Positions 37,024-41,305 of a stretch of 41,305 nucleotides of DNA are shown here, one piece after another. The notes under the pieces were generated by a model that saw only the letters and a program-made list of their open reading frames with translations, made no database searches and was not told where the DNA came from. The position numbers and the translations under genes are program-made. Source of the DNA: an uncultured Candidatus Micrarchaeota archaeon (GTDB lineage: Archaea > Micrarchaeota > Micrarchaeia > Anstonellales > Anstonellaceae); NCBI GenBank assembly GCA_903923795.1, contig CAIXYX010000140.1, positions 1-41,305 on the forward strand, read 5' to 3'. The stretch's first letter is position 1, and the number at the start of each line of letters is the position of its first letter.

Positions 37024-37062
37024 ATTTAAACGGGTGTTCGGACAGTTTGGCTTGACCGAACA
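37024..37062. promoter_or_regulatory. Divergent TATA (ATTTAAAC) plus inverted repeat TGTTCGG-N14-CCGAACA
   Basis: Perfect 7-bp arms at 37035-37041 and 37056-37062, immediately after the TATA-like box. Confidence 0.5.
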
Positions 37063-37064
37063 AA

Positions 37065-38339
37065 ATGGCGAGTAGTATTAAAAGAGGAAATAAAGTCAGA
37101 GATATGAAAACGCGTGAATCGGATCTGTTGAATGAAACGAAATGGCAGCGTCGTGTTTCTCGAAGTAAAATGATTGGCTGGATAATCCTGGTTCTGCTTG
37201 CCCAGATGATGATTGTTTGCGCAGGCTCTAATTATGCGCAAGTGGGGGTCTGCATAAACGATAAATCAGCCCCGGATTCGTCAGCTGGAATTTGGCAAAA
37301 TGGATATCACTGCAGTTATGACGAGACTGGAATTTCGGGTGATGAACCGCAAATCAGATGCGTGGTGTGCACAGCGGCAGGAGATGCGGCAAATTCAGGG
37401 GCAGCTCAAACAGACAAGACAACTCTGAATTTTGAATCTGGCGACAAGGACGCCAAAAAAGCTTCGGCAGGATGGTTTGATGGAATTGGCGGATGGTTCG
37501 GGGAACAGGCGGACAGCTTCGCACAGGCGCTTGCTGGAGCCGGCAAAAGTGTGCGCAAGGCGCTTGACCCCGGCTTCTGCGAGACAAATGCGGATTGCAG
37601 CGCAAATGAGATATGCAAGCCGGGCTTAGGCTGCAGCGCGGCTCCGGCCTGCAACACCTGGAGAAAAGATGAGGGGAGCTCCGGACAAGTCAGGTTGGTA
37701 TTCATTGGAGACGGTTTTAGGACAGATGAAGACTTGAGAAAGGCAGTTGATGGAGTTGTTGATTGGGATGGCACGAATTATGGCCTGATGTCGCTCGAAC
37801 CATTCAAAAGCCACAAATTCCAGTTCGACATCTATTATGTGAGGTTGAATGAGAGCATCTGGGTCACAAATCAGAATAATCGAAGTCATGTGGATGAAGA
37901 AACCGTCGAAGAACAAAGTAAAATCTGTGGAGATACCGACCAATACATACTGCTCTCAAGACAGAGTTTTCGGTCATATGCTTATTTTGAATATGGAGAG
38001 GCATATGTTTCCTTGGGTAATGAATGGCTTTCCCAGTTCCAAAACAGGCTCGTGGACCATGAGTTCGGCCACTCGTTCGGGAAACTTAAGGATGAATATG
38101 TTGAGGACGGAAAAGAAGACTTGCCCGGACCACCCAATTGCGCCAGCAGCCAAGAAGAAGCCGAAAGCTGGTGGGGAGACATGCCGGGGACAGGCTATTT
38201 CGATGGATGCAGTTATGTGAGCGGCAATATCCGGCCCACGGAGAATTCAGTCATGCGGGACCAGTATTTGCTGTGGGATAGTTACGGACCGGTGAATGAG
38301 ATGCAGATACGGGATGTGCTCAACAGCGTCAGTAGGTGA
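37065..38339 (+). CDS. Secreted M64 (IgA peptidase-like) zinc metallopeptidase with Cys-rich N-terminal modules
   Basis: LVFIGDGF, EPFKSHK..F.IYY, HEFGHSFGKLKDEY, PNC, RPTENSVMR; EGF-like CETNADCSANEIC. Start may be 37170. Confidence 0.85.
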   Translation: MASSIKRGNKVRDMKTRESDLLNETKWQRRVSRSKMIGWIILVLLAQMMIVCAGSNYAQVGVCINDKSAPDSSAGIWQNGYHCSYDETGISGDEPQIRCVVCTAAGDAANSGAAQTDKTTLNFESGDKDAKKASAGWFDGIGGWFGEQADSFAQALAGAGKSVRKALDPGFCETNADCSANEICKPGLGCSAAPACNTWRKDEGSSGQVRLVFIGDGFRTDEDLRKAVDGVVDWDGTNYGLMSLEPFKSHKFQFDIYYVRLNESIWVTNQNNRSHVDEETVEEQSKICGDTDQYILLSRQSFRSYAYFEYGEAYVSLGNEWLSQFQNRLVDHEFGHSFGKLKDEYVEDGKEDLPGPPNCASSQEEAESWWGDMPGTGYFDGCSYVSGNIRPTENSVMRDQYLLWDSYGPVNEMQIRDVLNSVSR

Positions 38340-38345
38340 TCTCTT

Positions 38346-39035
38346 ATGCGGGCATGGATGATTATTATCGGAATGATGCTATTAGTTGGCAACGTGCTCG
38401 CCGCCAGCACTCTTCCGCGTTATGGCATGGCGTATTCTCTTAATTTCGAATTGGCGGATGGAAAACTGACCTGCCCGAACTGGAGTCTTAGCGATGGAGA
38501 TGGGCGGAGATATGATGTTTACGAAGCAGATGGCACCCACCGCCTGTCTGCATTCGACGCGAGCGGGAAGGAGCTTTACACATTCAGGTTCTATCTATTT
38601 GCCACACCGTCTTATGCCGCACCCCGGGATTTCTTTGATGAAAACGGGACACAGATAAAATTCAAGGATGATAGTGATCTGCCAAGAGACCCCCGCTTGC
38701 GATCGTATCTGTACCCCCCTTACCACCCAAATGCCACCCGGTTGGAGGTGAGCGAGCTCAACGGCACGGTTTTGCTTGAGGTGGATGTTTCCAAATACGC
38801 GCATCTGGACTGGCAGGCAATCAAGAGGAACCGGGATGAATTCTACAAGAATAAGGCGAATCAGACCTCTGGAGATGCCAATCCGCCAAAACCGCCAGTG
38901 AACTGGACGAACGCATTCTACGGACTGTTGATGATACTCGCGGCCATCGCGTTGGTTTTGGGGAGTGCCATATTCTTGAAAAATTGGATGAAAAAGAGTG
39001 AAAAACAAAATGACGGAAAAATATTGAAAAAATGA
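38346..39035 (+). CDS. Surface protein with signal peptide and C-terminal TM anchor
   Basis: N-terminal signal, beta-rich body, Pro linker, hydrophobic helix and Lys-rich tail; AGGTGA overlaps the upstream stop. Confidence 0.78.
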   Translation: MRAWMIIIGMMLLVGNVLAASTLPRYGMAYSLNFELADGKLTCPNWSLSDGDGRRYDVYEADGTHRLSAFDASGKELYTFRFYLFATPSYAAPRDFFDENGTQIKFKDDSDLPRDPRLRSYLYPPYHPNATRLEVSELNGTVLLEVDVSKYAHLDWQAIKRNRDEFYKNKANQTSGDANPPKPPVNWTNAFYGLLMILAAIALVLGSAIFLKNWMKKSEKQNDGKILKK

Positions 39036-39042
39036 AAAAGAC

Positions 39043-39960
39043 TTATTTCGCCTTGGCCATCTCGGCGGCGATTATCGTCTTGAAGCCCGGCTGGAGCTTC
39101 CCGGCGTTGTCGGTGTAGTTCTCGTATGGCAGGGCGCCGACAACCAATCTGCCGGTCACGATGTCGCCTTTTCTCACGCCGATGATGAAGCTGGGGGTTC
39201 CGCCCACTCCGGCCGCGCTGCCGGCTGCCTGCTGGGCTGCCAATGTGGCATCTTTGCCAGTGGCGGTGCAGTTGTTGAATTTGGCCATGTCGAGGCCGAG
39301 GGATTGCGCGAGGGTCTTCAATCCCGTGTCATCAGTCGTGCTGGTGTTGAATATCAGGTCGTGCATGGCCCAGTATTTGTTCTGGTCGCCTGCGCATTCA
39401 ACTGCCACGTGGGCGGGCTTGGCGGTCGGGTGCACGATGTAGTTGATGTGTATCATGTCGATTTGGCCGCCTGAGGCGTTCATGACCTGATGCATGGTGG
39501 GCTGCACCCTGACGCAGAATGGGCACTGGAAGTCGGAGAATTCCACTATGGTGAGTTTGGCGCTTGCGTTGCCCAAGATGGCACGGCCGCTCACATTCAC
39601 CACGCCGGTCTGCACGGGCGCTGGGGCTGACGGGGCGGATGGAGCCTGCTGGCCTGTTCCGCACCCGTTTTGCGCGCCATTGTTCGCCGCATTGGCTGCT
39701 GCATTATTCGCTGCATTGGCTGCCGCGTTGGCGGCTGTGCCGGTCGGAGCGGTGAGGTTGATGGTGTTGTTCACCGGCGCATTGACCACGACGGTGAAAC
39801 TCTTGGCTGAGAGGGTTTCATTGAGCGAGCTCATGGAGAAGTATATGGAGGCGGAGATGAGGGCGCCGACAAGAATCAATGAGAAGGCCAGAAGATATGT
39901 CGGATTGGCCTCGGACGAATGTGAATGCGTATGGCCCGCATATGACTTATCCTCGCTCAT
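39043..39960 (-). CDS. Membrane-anchored DsbA/BdbD-family thiol-disulfide oxidoreductase
   Basis: N-terminal TM helix, Ala/Asn linker, IVEFSDFQCPFC, A.ECAGDQ.KYW.MHD, GVGGTPSF (cis-Pro); GGAGGT SD. Confidence 0.92.
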   Translation of the reverse strand: MSEDKSYAGHTHSHSSEANPTYLLAFSLILVGALISASIYFSMSSLNETLSAKSFTVVVNAPVNNTINLTAPTGTAANAAANAANNAAANAANNGAQNGCGTGQQAPSAPSAPAPVQTGVVNVSGRAILGNASAKLTIVEFSDFQCPFCVRVQPTMHQVMNASGGQIDMIHINYIVHPTAKPAHVAVECAGDQNKYWAMHDLIFNTSTTDDTGLKTLAQSLGLDMAKFNNCTATGKDATLAAQQAAGSAAGVGGTPSFIIGVRKGDIVTGRLVVGALPYENYTDNAGKLQPGFKTIIAAEMAKAK

Positions 39961-40102
39961 AGAATTACCTCCCTCGTATTTTTGTCTTTCCTCGAACCCA
40001 CCACGAGGTTAGACGTCGTTTGTTTGTGAAGGCAATGCAGAGATGGTTTTTAATTATGACGACTATGGTGGGAGAAAGAGAGATGGATTGTGAAAAAAAT
40101 AT

Positions 40103-40684
40103 TTATGTATTCCGGCGAGGGATGACTTTGAGCCGGTCTTTCATTTCGCTCAGTTTCTTGTCGGAATCTGTCGCGAGATCTTGTGTGTCGTTGACGGTTT
40201 TGTTGATTAGATTCTGATTGGCGACACCAGTCATGCCTTTGTCGGTTGCGGGGTTGCGGGAGGAGAAATCTTCGGAGGATTCAGAATCGGGAACGACTAT
40301 ATTTTGCTCGCTTCTCGAGATGCCGCTATTTTTCAGGAATGTGCGGATAGCGGTTCTTTCTGCTGATAGTTCTTTCTTTTCGCCAGCGCTTGTTTCCGGG
40401 GCCGCGAGTTTTGTGCGGATTTCCCTTAGCCTATGAAAGATTTCGTCAGTATCTGCGCTGGTTCCGGTTGGCTCATGATGAAAGATGTCCTTGAACTCCT
40501 CACGACCGGTTTTGCCTGAGATTTTGTCTTTTGCGTCGGAATTCAGATGAATTGAGATAAGACGATCGAGCCTTTCCGCCCGCTCCGGATTTCGGATTCT
40601 CCATGCGCTTTGCTTGTCCTGAGGTTGTGCATTCTGAACAAGGTTCGGTGGATAGTTGTTTGCTATGAGTTGGAAGAGAAGCAT
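40103..40684 (-). CDS. Hypothetical hydrophilic protein
   Basis: 193-aa ATG-initiated ORF filling the gap; charged and helical; no motif. Confidence 0.55.
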   Translation of the reverse strand: MLLFQLIANNYPPNLVQNAQPQDKQSAWRIRNPERAERLDRLISIHLNSDAKDKISGKTGREEFKDIFHHEPTGTSADTDEIFHRLREIRTKLAAPETSAGEKKELSAERTAIRTFLKNSGISRSEQNIVVPDSESSEDFSSRNPATDKGMTGVANQNLINKTVNDTQDLATDSDKKLSEMKDRLKVIPRRNT

Positions 40685-40847
40685 CAGAATCCCTCAGAAA
40701 TTTCCCTTGACTTCATGGAGTACAAAGAGGACAAAGGCTCTTAAAATCGATGATGAAACATGGGGTAGGCATCACACACGAAAAGCAGATGTTTTGAGAC
40801 CGTCCAATATCCAAACCTATATATCTGATTTTCGAAAAAGTTATCGC

Positions 40848-41305
40848 ATGACCATCGAACCGTTCCAAGAGATGAAACAAAGCATCGAGGAAAGAATCCC
40901 TGACTACGACACCGAGCAGTTCGAGACCATGAGGGACCGGATTCGCAAGGCGCTCAGGGAGAAAGAGAGCGAGATGCTGCTTTCGGTGCGCAGCCTCAAA
41001 ATTCTCATCTTGGGAGATTGGAATGACAAGGCCAAAATGGAACGATTGGTGGAACTAAAGCGCCTCCTGCTCAAAAATGGATTGTATGCAGAGACCATCG
41101 ACTCTTACTACAATCCGAATACGCGGGGTGGTTTGAGTCAGATACAAGTGTTCGAGACCTGCTGCATCATGCACCAGCTCATCGTATTCATCGATGGCGA
41201 AGGCCCGGGCACGCTCACCGAACAAAACTACCTGGCCCTCAATTACCAGTTCCAGTTCAAAGTCCTGTTCTACATCGAGGAATCGAAGTTCGACCGGCTC
41301 AAGGA
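40848..41305 (+). CDS. Hypothetical protein with NDT/TIR-like Rossmannoid features (3'-truncated; not in ORF track)
   Basis: Open frame MTIEPFQEMKQ..KILILGDW..LKRLLLKNGL..LIVFIDGEGPGTLTEQNYL..KVLFYIE runs to the window end; TATATAT about 24 nt upstream. Confidence 0.7.
   Translation, partial: MTIEPFQEMKQSIEERIPDYDTEQFETMRDRIRKALREKESEMLLSVRSLKILILGDWNDKAKMERLVELKRLLLKNGLYAETIDSYYNPNTRGGLSQIQVFETCCIMHQLIVFIDGEGPGTLTEQNYLALNYQFQFKVLFYIEESKFDRLK

Noticed and set aside
39965-40010. Alternative CCTCG/CGAGG pairings near the DsbA SD as a riboswitch
   Set aside because: Only 5-6 bp helices and no recognisable aptamer; could arise by chance.
40750-40828. C/D box sRNA (ATGATGA...CTGA)
   Set aside because: No clear internal D'/C' boxes, longer than typical archaeal guides, and it overlaps a promoter region.

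Overview
Archaeal chromosomal window. It carries proteasome beta next to aCPSF1, TATA-box promoters, an intron-containing tRNA and a class III signal peptide protein. The gene mix resembles DPANN, most likely Micrarchaeota (inference only). From left to right: a serine cluster (SerK-like kinase, serS, serA, class V aminotransferase, TauE, gpmA); a 1465-aa protein joining a toxin-like membrane region, a divergent His-kinase core and a PI3K/HipA-like kinase domain; a NitT/TauT ABC transporter with no binding protein; trxB; a 1397-aa Cys-rich pilin-like surface protein; psmB-aCPSF1; tpx; two unknown tandem paralogues; metG; tRNA-Arg(CCG) with an intron and tRNA-Cys(GCA) preceded by an unexplained ~87-nt structured RNA; a repeat plus J-domain protein; a GH5 hydrolase; a GGR-family flavoprotein; a transglutaminase-like protease; an Hrq1/MrfA-type helicase; an M64 metallopeptidase pair; DsbA; and a truncated NDT/TIR-like ORF. 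I found two small genes missing from the ORF track. I saw no mobile element, CRISPR array or recognisable rRNA. All calls come from reading motifs by eye; no searches were run.
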